NCBI RefSeq assembly: GCF_017642925.1
Contig: NZ_JAEPOL010000002.1
Location: forward strand, 138,457-202,456
From: Maricaulis sp.
GTDB lineage: Bacteria; Pseudomonadota; Alphaproteobacteria; Caulobacterales; Maricaulaceae
Reading direction: 5' to 3'
Length of the DNA stretch: 64,000 nucleotides
Numbering within the stretch: the stretch's first letter is position 1; every line of letters starts with the position of its first letter. Under the pieces are notes generated by a model. It made no database searches. It was not told where the DNA came from and worked only from the letters and a program-made list of their open reading frames with translations. This document shows, one piece after another, positions 47,134 to 57,531 of this stretch. A program made the translations under genes and the position numbers.

Positions 47134-48792
47134 ATGACCGCAAAGACCGATACGCAAACGGCGGCCGCTGCCCGCCTGAAAGGCTGGACACGCGCTGCGC
47201 AGCGCGATGTGCGGCTGGCCGAACTGGCGATCCTTCTGGACACGCTCGCGGCCATCGCCTTTGCGCTCGGCTTTGCCACGGCGATCTCGGCCCTCGTGGA
47301 CGGACGCAATGCCCTCCCCGCCCTCCTGGTCGCGGGCGCGGCGCTTGTCGGCCGCGGCGGTTTCAACTGGCTCCGCTCGCAGGCGTCCGAGCGGGCCGGA
47401 CAGGGACTGGTCGCGGCGGCACGGCAGGATATGGCCCGTCTGGCGGCAGGGATCGGCCCGGCCCTGTTCGACGGTGCGGCCGGCGGTGAACGCACGGCGC
47501 AGCTGGTCGATCGCACCGCCATTCTTTCCGGCCATGCCGCCCACTGGCTGCCGGGCCGGACTGCCGCCGTCATTACCCCGGTCCTCGTGGTCATCGCCAT
47601 CTTCACCCAGAGCTGGCTGGCCGGCGCGCTGATCCTGGCCTCGACCGTGATGCTGCCGGTCTTCATCTGGTTGACGGCGTCGGAAACTGCCGCCCTGGCC
47701 CGCGCTCAGCAGGGCGCGCTCGATACGCTCGCCGGAACCTTCGAGAGCCGCGTAAGGATGGCGGGGACGATCCGCGCCTTCAACGGCGTGACGCGTGAAG
47801 CCGGCGTCATCGAAACGGCCGCAGACGAGCTGGCGCGCCGCACCATGGCGATCCTGCGGGTCGCCTTCCTCTCGACCGCCGTGCTGGAGTTTTTCGCCTC
47901 GATCTCGATCGCGCTGGTGGCCGTCTATGTCGGTTTCAAGCTGCTGGGGGTCTTCCCGTTCGAGACTTTCGAGACCCTGACCTTGCGGGAGGGGCTGGCC
48001 GCCCTGGTTCTGGCGCCGGAGTTCTTCGCGCCCGTGCGCCAGTTGTCCGCGCTTCACCATGCGCGCAGCGATGCCCGGGCCGGGGCGGAGTCCCTCGCCC
48101 AGCTTGCCGAGATCGGGGATATAGCCCCCATCGTCCGGCTCGACGCGCTCGGCCCGGCACCACGGATCGTCTGGCGGTCCGCCGATCTGGCCCGCAGCGG
48201 GCAGACCGTTGTCCGGGATTTCAATGCCGTTGCCGAGCCGGACCGGATCACCCTGCTGTGGGGACCGTCCGGATGCGGCAAGACATCGGTGCTGATGTCG
48301 CTGCTGGCGCTGGCCGAGCCGGTTGGCGGGCAAATCCGTATCGACGGCGAGATCCTGCCGGCCGGCCACTCGCTGGCCAGCTCCATCGCCTGGATCGGAC
48401 AGAAACCCTGGGCACTGGAAGGCACGATCCGCGACAATCTCCGCCTCGCCGCTCCGGACGCGGACGATGCCGCTTGCCTGGCTGCGCTCGATACAGCCGG
48501 GTGCGACTTCATTGCGGACCGGCCGGAAGGGCTCGACATGCGGATCGGCCCCGGCGGCAGCGGCCTCTCCGGCGGCGAGCTGCAGCGGCTCGCCCTCGCC
48601 CGGGCCTTGCTCGCAGGCGCGCCTGTCCTGCTGCTGGACGAACCTACCGCCCATCTCGACGCCGAACGCCAGGATGCGCTGCTGGCAACCCTTCGCCAGA
48701 TCGCCTCCGGGCGAACCGTGATCATCGCCAGCCACGACCCTGCCGCGCGCGCCATCGCCGATGCCGTCATTGCGATGGAGCGCCGCTCATGA
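47134..48792 (+). CDS. cydD: Thiol-reductant ABC exporter subunit CydD
   Basis: FLSTAVLEFFASISIALVAVYVGF, GPSGCGKT, LSGGELQRLALAR, LLLDEPTAHLD. Confidence 0.9.
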   Translation: MTAKTDTQTAAAARLKGWTRAAQRDVRLAELAILLDTLAAIAFALGFATAISALVDGRNALPALLVAGAALVGRGGFNWLRSQASERAGQGLVAAARQDMARLAAGIGPALFDGAAGGERTAQLVDRTAILSGHAAHWLPGRTAAVITPVLVVIAIFTQSWLAGALILASTVMLPVFIWLTASETAALARAQQGALDTLAGTFESRVRMAGTIRAFNGVTREAGVIETAADELARRTMAILRVAFLSTAVLEFFASISIALVAVYVGFKLLGVFPFETFETLTLREGLAALVLAPEFFAPVRQLSALHHARSDARAGAESLAQLAEIGDIAPIVRLDALGPAPRIVWRSADLARSGQTVVRDFNAVAEPDRITLLWGPSGCGKTSVLMSLLALAEPVGGQIRIDGEILPAGHSLASSIAWIGQKPWALEGTIRDNLRLAAPDADDAACLAALDTAGCDFIADRPEGLDMRIGPGGSGLSGGELQRLALARALLAGAPVLLLDEPTAHLDAERQDALLATLRQIASGRTVIIASHDPAARAIADAVIAMERRS

Positions 48793-50447
48793 TCGCGCTG
48801 TGGACGCGGCTGGGTCGGCCATTCCGCGGCCGGATCGCGCTGGCCTTTCTGCTGGCCACGGCTGGCGGCGCGATGGCCGCGCTGCTGCTGGGCGTATCGG
48901 GCTGGTTCCTGACGGCCAGCGCCATCGCCGGCGCAGCGGGCAGTGCCTATGCCTTCAACCATCTCTATCCGAGCGCCACGGTGCGCGGCACCGCGATGGG
49001 GCGCATCCTGGCACGCTATGGCGAACAGCTGGTCGGGCACGATGCCACGCTGCGCCTGTCGGCGCGGCTGCGGCGCCACCTGTTCGAGGCTGAGGCGCGC
49101 GCCCGCGCCGGTCTGGCAAGACCCGCATCGGACAGTCTGGCCGTTTTCCTGGATGATGTGCGTCTCGCCGAGGGCGCCCTGCTCCGCCTGTGGCTGCCCG
49201 CCGCCAGCGCCGCCGCGGCAGCCCTGATTGCGCTGATATTTGCCGGCCTGGCCGGCTGGGCACCGCTCGCGGTCGTCGCCGGCGGACTGATGCTCGCGCT
49301 CGCGGCGGGCCGGTTCGGCATCGCCGAGCAACGCCGGATCGATGCGCGGCTGCAGACACTGAACGACCGCTACCGCCGCGAGGCCGCCGGTCTGATCGAA
49401 AACCGGATCGAGCTGGAGGCGCTGGGCCGGTTCGGCGCTGCGGCCGGGGCACTTGGATCGCTGTCCGCTGAAACGGCCGGACAGACGCTCACCGCCGGCC
49501 AGCGCACACGGCTGGCCGGCGCCTTCATCGCCGTCCTCGGCGGCCTGTCGGCGACGCTGGCAGTCATGCTGGGCAGCGGCGCCACAGTACCGCTTCTCGC
49601 CGGAACGGCGCTGTCGGTCCTCGCGGCGCACCAGAGCCTGGCCATCGCGCTGGGCGCGCTGACGGCTTATCCGGCGACCGAGCTGGCCCTGTCGCGGCTG
49701 AATACGCGCATTGCGGCGCCGGCGGCGATTGCCGAGCCGGCCGAGCCCGTGCCGGCGCCCGGCACAATCCTGCCCGTCAGAACCCGCCAGTTGCAGATCG
49801 GTTTTCCCGGAGCAGCGCCGCTGTGCGAAGTGCCGGATCTCGATCTGGCGGCGGGCAGTGTTACCGAGGTCACCGGCCCGTCCGGCTGCGGCAAGACCAC
49901 GCTTCTGGAAACCCTCGCCCGCCTCCGCCCGGCCCTGGACGGAAAACTGGACTATGCCGGGCTTGAAGCTGCAGGCCTGCGCGCGGCCGCGGTCCGCCAG
50001 CACACGGGCTTTGCCCCGCAAATGCCCGACACGATGTGCGGCACGATCGCGGATGCGCTGCGGCTGGCCCAGCCGGATGCCGACGATGCGCGCCTGCTGG
50101 AGGCCTGCGGGACCGCGCTCTTCATGCCGGTGGTGACGCGCTCGCCGGACGGGCTGTATCAGCCGCTCGACGAGGGCGGCAGCAATCTGTCCGGCGGCGA
50201 GTTGCGGCGCCTGGCCATCGCCCGGGCCATTCTGCGCGGTCCGGATCTTGTGCTGCTGGACGAGCCCTTCGCGGGCCTGGATGCGCCCATACGCGAGACA
50301 CTGGCCGCGAATCTCGGCGCTTGGGCGCGCAGCCATGGTGCCGCGATCGTGCTGGCGACCCATATCCCCGACGCGGCCCTCTGGCCGGGCCTCACCTACC
50401 GGCAAGTCCCGCTGGCGCCGTCACCGAAGCGTCACACGAGTAGCTGA
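48789..50447 (+). CDS. cydC: Thiol-reductant ABC exporter subunit CydC
   Basis: SGWFLTASAIAG, RYGEQLVGHDATLR, GPSGCGKT, LSGGELRR; start at ATG 48789 overlapping the cydD stop. Confidence 0.88.
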   Translation: MIALWTRLGRPFRGRIALAFLLATAGGAMAALLLGVSGWFLTASAIAGAAGSAYAFNHLYPSATVRGTAMGRILARYGEQLVGHDATLRLSARLRRHLFEAEARARAGLARPASDSLAVFLDDVRLAEGALLRLWLPAASAAAAALIALIFAGLAGWAPLAVVAGGLMLALAAGRFGIAEQRRIDARLQTLNDRYRREAAGLIENRIELEALGRFGAAAGALGSLSAETAGQTLTAGQRTRLAGAFIAVLGGLSATLAVMLGSGATVPLLAGTALSVLAAHQSLAIALGALTAYPATELALSRLNTRIAAPAAIAEPAEPVPAPGTILPVRTRQLQIGFPGAAPLCEVPDLDLAAGSVTEVTGPSGCGKTTLLETLARLRPALDGKLDYAGLEAAGLRAAAVRQHTGFAPQMPDTMCGTIADALRLAQPDADDARLLEACGTALFMPVVTRSPDGLYQPLDEGGSNLSGGELRRLAIARAILRGPDLVLLDEPFAGLDAPIRETLAANLGAWARSHGAAIVLATHIPDAALWPGLTYRQVPLAPSPKRHTSS

Positions 50448-50495
50448 CGCCCGCGAATTGCGGTATGGTTTTTACCGGTATTTCAAGGGCAGGTT

Positions 50496-50942
50496 ATGCG
50501 GCTTACCAGTTTCACCAATTATGCCTTGCGGATGTTGCAGTACACGGCGCTGCGCGGCGAGCGCATCAGCCGGGTGACGGACATCGCGATGATCCACCAG
50601 GTCTCGGTCCACCACATGGTGAAGATCGCCAACCTGCTGGGCCGCGAGGGCTATCTGGAGACGATCCGGGGCCGCAGCGGCGGGGTTCGCCTGGCCCGGC
50701 CCGCCGACACGATCACCGTCGGCGAGGTGGTCCGGCTGACCGAAGCGCCGCTGGAACTGGCCGAGTGTTTCAATGACAAGTCCAACACATGCCCGCTGAT
50801 CGGCGTGTGCCGGCTGTCGAAGACCTGGCGCAAGGCACTCGACGCCTTTCTGGAGGTGCTCGACGGGGTGACCATCGCCGATATTGCCGGCAATCGCGGT
50901 GAACTCACACAGCGGCTCGCACTGGATGCGGACGGCGGCTAG
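50496..50942 (+). CDS. Rrf2-family [Fe-S] transcription regulator (NsrR/RirA-like)
   Basis: [25 protein letters not shown], three Cys (ECF...TCPLIGVC). Confidence 0.9.
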   Translation: MRLTSFTNYALRMLQYTALRGERISRVTDIAMIHQVSVHHMVKIANLLGREGYLETIRGRSGGVRLARPADTITVGEVVRLTEAPLELAECFNDKSNTCPLIGVCRLSKTWRKALDAFLEVLDGVTIADIAGNRGELTQRLALDADGG

Positions 50943-51805
50943 CCGCCGACCAGCCGCTGCAGATAGGCGCCGTATTCCGTCTTCAGCATCGGCTGGGCCA
51001 GACGCAGCACCTGCTCGTCATTGATGAAGCCCTGACGCCAGGCGATCTCTTCCAGACAGGCGACTTTCAGGCCCTGCCGGGTCTCGATCGTTTCGACGAA
51101 CTGGGCCGCCGCCAGCAGTGACTGGTGGGTTCCGGTATCGAGCCAGGCATAGCCCCGGCCCATCAGATGGCCCTTCAGCAGGCCGTCGCGCATGTACATC
51201 TCGTTGAGCGTGGTGATTTCCAGCTCGCCACGCGCCGACGGCCGGACCTCGCGCGCCCGGTCGCAGACCGTATTGTCGTAGAAATACAGCCCCGTCACGG
51301 CGAAGTTGGACTTCGGCTTGGCCGGCTTTTCCTCGATCGAGACAATGGTCTGGCTGTCGTCGAACTCGGCCACGCCATAACGTTCCGGATCGGCCACCTG
51401 ATAGGTGAAGACCTCGGCACCGCGCGTCAGGCGGGACGCATCCTTCAGCAACCCCTGCAGGCCGTGTCCGAAGAAGATGTTGTCGCCCAGGACGAGGGCA
51501 CACGGCTCGCCGCCAATGAAGTCCTCGCCGATAATGAAGGCCTGGGCCAGGCCTTCCGGGCGTGGCTGCACCGCGTAGGAAAAATTCACACCCAGATCGG
51601 CGCCATCGCCCAGCAGGCGCTGGAAGGAGGCCTGGTCTTCCGGTGTCGTGATGATCAGGATATCGCGGATACCCGCCAGCATCAGCGCGCTGACCGGATA
51701 GTAGATCAGCGGCTTGTCATAGACCGGCAGGAGTTGTTTCGACACGCCCCGGGTCACCGGATACAGGCGCGTCCCCGAGCCCCCGGCCAGCACAATACCT
51801 TTCAC
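50939..51805 (-). CDS. rfbA: Glucose-1-phosphate thymidylyltransferase
   Basis: [43 protein letters not shown]; GTG start at 51805. Confidence 0.96.
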   Translation of the reverse strand: MKGIVLAGGSGTRLYPVTRGVSKQLLPVYDKPLIYYPVSALMLAGIRDILIITTPEDQASFQRLLGDGADLGVNFSYAVQPRPEGLAQAFIIGEDFIGGEPCALVLGDNIFFGHGLQGLLKDASRLTRGAEVFTYQVADPERYGVAEFDDSQTIVSIEEKPAKPKSNFAVTGLYFYDNTVCDRAREVRPSARGELEITTLNEMYMRDGLLKGHLMGRGYAWLDTGTHQSLLAAAQFVETIETRQGLKVACLEEIAWRQGFINDEQVLRLAQPMLKTEYGAYLQRLVGG

Positions 51806-51905
51806 CGCACGTCTCCCGCTTGCATTTGCCACCGCGACCAGTTCCGGCGGCACGGTTGTCTAGCCCCGGATGCCCGTCTTCCGCAACCATCCGTCCACCT
51901 CCTCG

Positions 51906-52838
51906 TCACAGAATGCCCAAACGGAAAGGGTCTCTGGCGTCATCGACCAGCCGCGTATCGGCGAACACATGGGCCGTTCCGGTGACGACCGGAATGATCC
52001 CGCCCGCCGGCGCCGGCCGGTAATGGCCCGAGAACCGGCTGCCAATGATGCTTTCCTGCACCCAGATCTCGTCCGGTGCGAGACGATTGCGGCGCGCCAG
52101 GCAGGCCAGTTTGGCACTCGTGCCGGTCCCGCAGGGCGAACGGTCATAGGCACCGCCCGGACAGAGGACGAAGTTGCGGCTGTTGGCCCCGGGCCCGGCG
52201 TCTGCCTTCGAGAAGAACTCGATATGGTCGATCTCGGCCCCTCCGAGGCCCGTCAGCCCGTTGGCTGCCAACGCCCGGCGCACCGACCATGCTGCGTGCG
52301 TCAGTTCGGGGATGTTTGCGGGTACCAGCGGCAGCGGAGCGTCCTCGGTGAGGAAGAACCAGTTGCCGCCCCAGGCGATATCGCCGCGCACCCGCCCGAG
52401 GCCCGGCACATCCAGCTCGACACCTTCGGTCATGCACCGGCTCTCGACATTCTCGAACCGCACGGTATTGGGATCGATCAGTTCGAGCTCGATCACGCCG
52501 ACCGGCGTGTCGATCCGGTGAAGGCCGGGCGCCATACGGCCCATCCAGGCCAGCGTCGCCGCCAGCCCGATCGTACCGTGGCCGCACATGCCCAGATAGC
52601 CGGACGTGTTGAAGAAGATGACCCCCGCCGTACAGTCGGGCGCGTCCGGCTCGCACAACAGTGCACCGACCATGGCATCCGAACAGCGCGGCTCCAGCAC
52701 AGCCATCGTGCGGTAGTGATCGAACCGGGTCCGGAAGCGCTCCAGCCGGTCCTGCAGCGGTCCGCTACCCAGGTCCGGCCCGCCCTCGACGATCACCCGC
52801 GTCGGCTGGCCACCCGTATGGGAATCGATGACCCGCAT
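51906..52838 (-). CDS. Proline racemase family, Cys-Cys type 4-hydroxyproline 2-epimerase
   Basis: IDSHTGGQPTR, MCGHG, DRSPCGTGTSAKLA; start at ATG 52838. Confidence 0.9.
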   Translation of the reverse strand: MRVIDSHTGGQPTRVIVEGGPDLGSGPLQDRLERFRTRFDHYRTMAVLEPRCSDAMVGALLCEPDAPDCTAGVIFFNTSGYLGMCGHGTIGLAATLAWMGRMAPGLHRIDTPVGVIELELIDPNTVRFENVESRCMTEGVELDVPGLGRVRGDIAWGGNWFFLTEDAPLPLVPANIPELTHAAWSVRRALAANGLTGLGGAEIDHIEFFSKADAGPGANSRNFVLCPGGAYDRSPCGTGTSAKLACLARRNRLAPDEIWVQESIIGSRFSGHYRPAPAGGIIPVVTGTAHVFADTRLVDDARDPFRLGIL

Positions 52839-52849
52839 TGCGGCGGTCC

Positions 52850-53797
52850 TCAGGACGCGGCGCCGGGCCAGCCGGCCCACCAGGTGCGAAACTGCCGCCA
52901 GGCATTGTCGATGAACGCGGTCTGCGAAGCGCTCAGCCGGTCATGAGCATAGAGCTGGTGCTGGTAGGCCTTGTGCCCCTCCAGAACCATCAGGCGCTTG
53001 TAGTAGAGAACGAGGTCCGGCCCCTCGTCGAACCGCGCCAGAACATCCAGCGCCTCCGACAATTCCCGGGCCAGACGCCGGCTCTCCGGATCGCCACCGG
53101 CTGCGCGGCGGCAAAGCTCGACCAGGCGCAGGACTTCCGCCGGCAGGGCATTGCCGACGCCGGTAATGGCGCCCGTCGCGCCGCAATTTACATAGCCGTG
53201 GAAGACCTGGGTATCGACGCCGACCATCAGCGTCAGCGCGTCATTGCCGGAGGTGATGGTTTCCGCGGCATAGCTCAGGGCGCCGGCACCGCCGAATTCC
53301 TTGAAGCCGACGAGATTGGGATAGCGGCCGTGCAGTTCGAAGAAGAGGTCGGCCCGCGTCTCGAAGCCGTAGTAGGGGCTATTATAGATCACCGCGGGCA
53401 GACCATCGGCCGCTTCGAGGATGGCCGAGAAATGTGCGTGCTGGGCCGCCGGTGAACTTCCACGCGACAGGACGCGGGGTATGACCATCAGGCCGGCCGC
53501 CCCGGCCTCGACCGCATGACGTGTGATCTCGACGGCGCGCCGGGTATTCTGTGCGCCGGTGCCGACGACAACGGGCAAGCCTGCCGCGCAAAGGCGCGCC
53601 ACGCCTTCGCAGCGCTGCGCGTCAGTCAGAAGCGGCCAGTCGCCCATCGAGCCGCAATAGACCACGGCATCCATGCCGGCATCGACAAGACCGCGGCCCG
53701 TTTCAACAAGCGCATCCCAGTCTGGGATCCCGTCCGCACTGCACGGTGTCATCAGGGCCGGCATGCAGCCGGAAAAGATCTGCTTGTCGACGCTCAT
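52850..53797 (-). CDS. DapA-family enzyme, probable pyrroline-4-hydroxy-2-carboxylate deaminase
   Basis: GCMPALMTP, CGSMGDW, IYNSPYYG, GFKEFGG; adjacent to the epimerase gene. Confidence 0.82.
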   Translation of the reverse strand: MSVDKQIFSGCMPALMTPCSADGIPDWDALVETGRGLVDAGMDAVVYCGSMGDWPLLTDAQRCEGVARLCAAGLPVVVGTGAQNTRRAVEITRHAVEAGAAGLMVIPRVLSRGSSPAAQHAHFSAILEAADGLPAVIYNSPYYGFETRADLFFELHGRYPNLVGFKEFGGAGALSYAAETITSGNDALTLMVGVDTQVFHGYVNCGATGAITGVGNALPAEVLRLVELCRRAAGGDPESRRLARELSEALDVLARFDEGPDLVLYYKRLMVLEGHKAYQHQLYAHDRLSASQTAFIDNAWRQFRTWWAGWPGAAS

Positions 53798-53940
53798 ACG
53801 GCTCTCCCTCCAAGCCTCGGAGCGGGAAGCCTAGCCCGGAATTTCCTGTGCGAATACGGATTTTGACCGGCGCCGGCAGAAGCGCTTGTCCTGCAGATCA
53901 TCAGCGAGTATGGTTATGAAAGTTGAGTTGGAGAGCCCGC

Positions 53941-54909
53941 GTGTCACAGTCCGAGATCGCCGCCCGCCTGAAAGCCCGCATGCGCCTTCCGGCCGTCGTC
54001 GCACCCATGTTCCTGGTATCCGGCCCGCAGCTGGTCGCCGCCACGCGGGCCGCCGGGCTGATGGCCTCCTTCCCCTTCCCCAACGCCCGCACCATCGATG
54101 TGCTGGAGGAATGGCTGGCCGCGACCCATGCCGACAATGCGCGCGCGCCTTTCGCCGCGAACATGGTGACGCATTCGACCTATGGCCGCTTCGATGCCGA
54201 GCTGGAGCTGGTGAAGCAGTACCGGCCCGATGTGGTGATCACCGCACTGGGCGGGCCGGGCCGGGTGGTGGACGCGGTCCACGACTATGACGGCCTGGTC
54301 TTTGCCGACGTCAACAATGTCAAATTCGCCCGCAAGGCGATCGAGCAGGGCGCTGACGGTCTCGTTCTCGTCGCTTCGGGCGCGGGCGGACACACCGGCG
54401 CCATGTCCAGCTTCGCCTTCGTGACCGCCGTGCGCGAATTCTTCGACGGCCCGGTCATGCTGGGCGGTGCCATCAGCAATGGCCGCTCGGTCCGCGCCGC
54501 CGAAGTCCTCGGCGCCGACTTCGCCTATATGGGCACCCGTTTCATCGCGGCCGAGGAGAGCCTGGCGGACACCGAATACCGCGACATGCTGATCGCGGCC
54601 GAGTTCGAGGATCTTGTCCTGTCCGACAAGCTGACCGGTGCACCGGCCCACTATCTGCGCGCCAGCCTGGAGAAAATGGGTATCGGCGCGGACGGATCAC
54701 GCGGCAGCGGGCCGGACTTCGCCGACAGCGAGAACCAGGTGAAGGCCTGGCGCGATGTCTGGTCGGCCGGTCACGGCGTCGGTTCGGTGAAGCGCACCCA
54801 GCCGGTCGCAGAGATCGTGGACGAACTCGCGGCGGAATACGCCGCCGCTTGCGCCACACCGGTTCACGACACGAACACCAAGACGACAACGGCGGCCCTG
54901 GCAGGCTGA
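53941..54909 (+). CDS. Nitronate monooxygenase family flavin oxidoreductase
   Basis: PAVVAPMFLVS, GAGGHTG, GADFAYMGTRFIAAEES, VWSAGHGVG; probable GTG start after a GGAG SD. Confidence 0.85.
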   Translation: MSQSEIAARLKARMRLPAVVAPMFLVSGPQLVAATRAAGLMASFPFPNARTIDVLEEWLAATHADNARAPFAANMVTHSTYGRFDAELELVKQYRPDVVITALGGPGRVVDAVHDYDGLVFADVNNVKFARKAIEQGADGLVLVASGAGGHTGAMSSFAFVTAVREFFDGPVMLGGAISNGRSVRAAEVLGADFAYMGTRFIAAEESLADTEYRDMLIAAEFEDLVLSDKLTGAPAHYLRASLEKMGIGADGSRGSGPDFADSENQVKAWRDVWSAGHGVGSVKRTQPVAEIVDELAAEYAAACATPVHDTNTKTTTAALAG

Positions 54910-54926
54910 CCGGGAGGAGACACCCC

Positions 54927-56378
54927 ATGACCATGATCCAGACCGAATTCGAGCGCGACGAGCTGACCGAACTCAACCGGTTCAACCCCTATCTCAAGGG
55001 CATCTATGCCCCGGTCCGCAAGGAAGTGACGGCGCTGGACCTCGAGGTCGAGGGCGAAATCCCGCGCGACCTCTACGGCGCCTATCTGCGCAACGGACCG
55101 AATCCGCTGAATGCGCCGGAGGGGATGCACCACTGGTTCGACGGCGACGGCATGGTGCACGGCATCTTCTTCGAGAACGGCAAGGCGGAATACCGCAACC
55201 GCTATGTCCATACGCGTGATCACGAGGCCGAACGGGCCGGTACGCTGGATGCCGGCGGCATTCTGGAACCGATCCGCCGCGAACGCAGCGCGCTGACCAC
55301 CTACAAGGACACGGCCAATACCGACATCCTCATCCATAACGGCACCGCGATGGCGCTCTGGTATGTCTCGGGCCAGCCGGTGCGGATGGATCCACGCACG
55401 CTGGAGACCATCCGGACCGAAACCTTCGCAGGCCGCCTTCCCAAGAATGTGTCGGCGCATTCCAAGGTCGATGCCCAGACCGGGGAATTCCTGTTCTTCG
55501 ACTACGACCTTTACAATCCGGTGATGTCGGCCGGCGTCGTCTCGGCAGACAATGAGCTGAAATGGTTCCGTGAGGTCGAACTGCCCGGCCCGCGCCTGCC
55601 GCACGACATGATGATCACCAAGAACTACATGATCCTGATGGACCTGCCGGTCGTGTTCACCGAGGCCGGCCTGCGCAACGGCATGTGGCAGATCCATCAG
55701 CCGAAGAACCAGCCCGCCCGTTTCGGCGTCGTGCGCCGCGACGGCACCGGCGACGTCAAATGGTTCGAGACCGAGCCCTGCTACATCTATCACGGCTGCA
55801 ATGCCTGGGAGGAAGGCGACAAGATCGTCTTCTATGCCTGCAAGATGGTCGATAACGGCCTGCCGCCCAACCCGGAGTTCGGCCCCTATGCGCCGATGGC
55901 CGCGGTTCTCGCCCTGCAGGCCGAGCTGCACCGCTGGACCTTCGACATGAAGACCGGCCAGACCACCGTCGAACATCTCGACGACCGCCGCACCGAATTC
56001 CCCGTCGTCAATCTCGACCTCATGGGTCACAGGACGAAATACGCCTATCACGTCACCATTCCCAACACGCACACCCAGGTGTTCGACGGGCTGGTGAAGT
56101 ATGATCTGGAGAGCGGAAACGGTATCGAGCACCGCTTTGCCGACGGTGTTTACGGCGCCGAGCCGGCCTTTGCGCCGCGGGTCGGCGCAACGGAAGAAGA
56201 CGATGGCTATGTCATCACCTTCCTGACCGACAGTGCGACAGGCCGGTCCGAAGCCCTGATCCTCGATGCGCGCGATTTCGGCGGCCAGCCGCTGGCGCGT
56301 GTGAAGCTGCCCCAGCGCGTGCCGGCCGGTTTCCACGGCACCTGGGCGCCGGGCGACCAGATCGCCGCGGCATCCTGA
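54927..56378 (+). CDS. Carotenoid oxygenase family (CCD/lignostilbene dioxygenase-like)
   Basis: YLRNGPNP, HHWFDGDGMVH and four Fe-ligand His segments (SAHSK, PHDM, YHGCNAWEE, FHGTW); start at ATG 54927. Confidence 0.92.
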   Translation: MTMIQTEFERDELTELNRFNPYLKGIYAPVRKEVTALDLEVEGEIPRDLYGAYLRNGPNPLNAPEGMHHWFDGDGMVHGIFFENGKAEYRNRYVHTRDHEAERAGTLDAGGILEPIRRERSALTTYKDTANTDILIHNGTAMALWYVSGQPVRMDPRTLETIRTETFAGRLPKNVSAHSKVDAQTGEFLFFDYDLYNPVMSAGVVSADNELKWFREVELPGPRLPHDMMITKNYMILMDLPVVFTEAGLRNGMWQIHQPKNQPARFGVVRRDGTGDVKWFETEPCYIYHGCNAWEEGDKIVFYACKMVDNGLPPNPEFGPYAPMAAVLALQAELHRWTFDMKTGQTTVEHLDDRRTEFPVVNLDLMGHRTKYAYHVTIPNTHTQVFDGLVKYDLESGNGIEHRFADGVYGAEPAFAPRVGATEEDDGYVITFLTDSATGRSEALILDARDFGGQPLARVKLPQRVPAGFHGTWAPGDQIAAAS

Positions 56379-56394
56379 CCGGAAAGCCGGGAGA

Positions 56395-57381
56395 TCAGCG
56401 GGTGGAGAACACCTGCTGATCGCCACCATCGACGGGCTCAATGGTGAAGTCGACCTCGGTGGGATCGAGCGGCTTGTGGCAGTTCGAACAGGCCATGACC
56501 GGCTTGAGCGGTTCGCCGCTGTCGCGATGGAAGAGCAGCAGCGGCGGCCCCTCCGGCGTCAGATACCAGCGGTCGCCCCACACCATCAGCATCACCAGGA
56601 CCGGGTAGTAGTCGATCCCCGCTTCCGTCAGCCGGTATTCATAGCGCGGCGGCGCATCGGAATAGGCGCGCTTGTGGATCAGCCCCATATCGATCAGCCA
56701 TTGCAGCCGGTCGGCCAGGATATTGGTCGCGATCGCCGCATCCTTCTGGATCTCGTCATAGCGGCGGAAGCCGGTGAAGATGGAGCGCAGGATCAGCGAG
56801 GCCCAGCGGTCGCCCAGCACACGCAGGATGACGTCGAGCAGATTATTGTCCGCGCCCTGTTCCTCGCCGCGCGGCTTGCGCCGGCGGCTGTGCCGCGGCG
56901 TCACCCAGCCCATGCCCGGGCCGTGCTTCCAGCTGACATCGCGCGCATTGAATTCGCGGCCGGCCGACAGGCTGAAGGGTACGGGATCGATATGGTCGCC
57001 GCCGCAGGCCCGATGCGTCAGGCGCACCTTGAACTTGGCCTTGGCGGCGCCCCATTTCTGCTCCCAGCGCAGCATGGCGAGGGCGACCCAGTAAAGATCG
57101 CGCCCCTTCTCCGTCATGATGTACTCGTAACGGGGCGGCCGTTCGCAATAGAGACGCTTTTCCAGCAGGCCGGCCGCCACCATCTGTTTCAGCCGCTGGC
57201 TGAGCAGCGCCTTGAGCAGACCGGTGCGCTTCTGAAAGCCGTCGAAACGCCGCTCGCCGAGCCAGACAGCCTCGAGGATCAGCATGGTCGGCACATCGCC
57301 GATATCCTCGAGTGCACGCCAGATCGAGCAGCATCGGACGAGTTTCAGATCGGCAGGCGGACGGGTCATCATGTGGGTCAT
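56395..57381 (-). CDS. Transcription regulator with two tandem HxlR-type wHTH domains
   Basis: Two internal repeats: LEDIGDVPTMLIL...RRFDGF...PPRYEYIMTEKG and LRVLGDRWASLIL...RRYDEI...PPRYEYRLTEAG. Confidence 0.85.
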   Translation of the reverse strand: MTHMMTRPPADLKLVRCCSIWRALEDIGDVPTMLILEAVWLGERRFDGFQKRTGLLKALLSQRLKQMVAAGLLEKRLYCERPPRYEYIMTEKGRDLYWVALAMLRWEQKWGAAKAKFKVRLTHRACGGDHIDPVPFSLSAGREFNARDVSWKHGPGMGWVTPRHSRRRKPRGEEQGADNNLLDVILRVLGDRWASLILRSIFTGFRRYDEIQKDAAIATNILADRLQWLIDMGLIHKRAYSDAPPRYEYRLTEAGIDYYPVLVMLMVWGDRWYLTPEGPPLLLFHRDSGEPLKPVMACSNCHKPLDPTEVDFTIEPVDGGDQQVFSTR

Positions 57382-57531
57382 GCGTCACTTATATAGTCAA
57401 ACTTACTTGGGCGTAACACCGGGTCTGTGCGACAGTTTGCCGGCCGCACGGAAGAATGCACTTGGCAGACGGCGCGGGAATTGGTTTGATTAAGCAAGTA
57501 ACAAGAACAGACCGAGACGGGAGGAGCCGCA

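Noticed and set aside
48054-50405. 783-aa minus-strand ORF and other long antisense ORFs (3075-4484, 19447-20769, 47056-48735, 54864-56441)
   Set aside because: They lie opposite well-supported genes, have Arg/Gly/Ala-rich shadow composition and show no domains.
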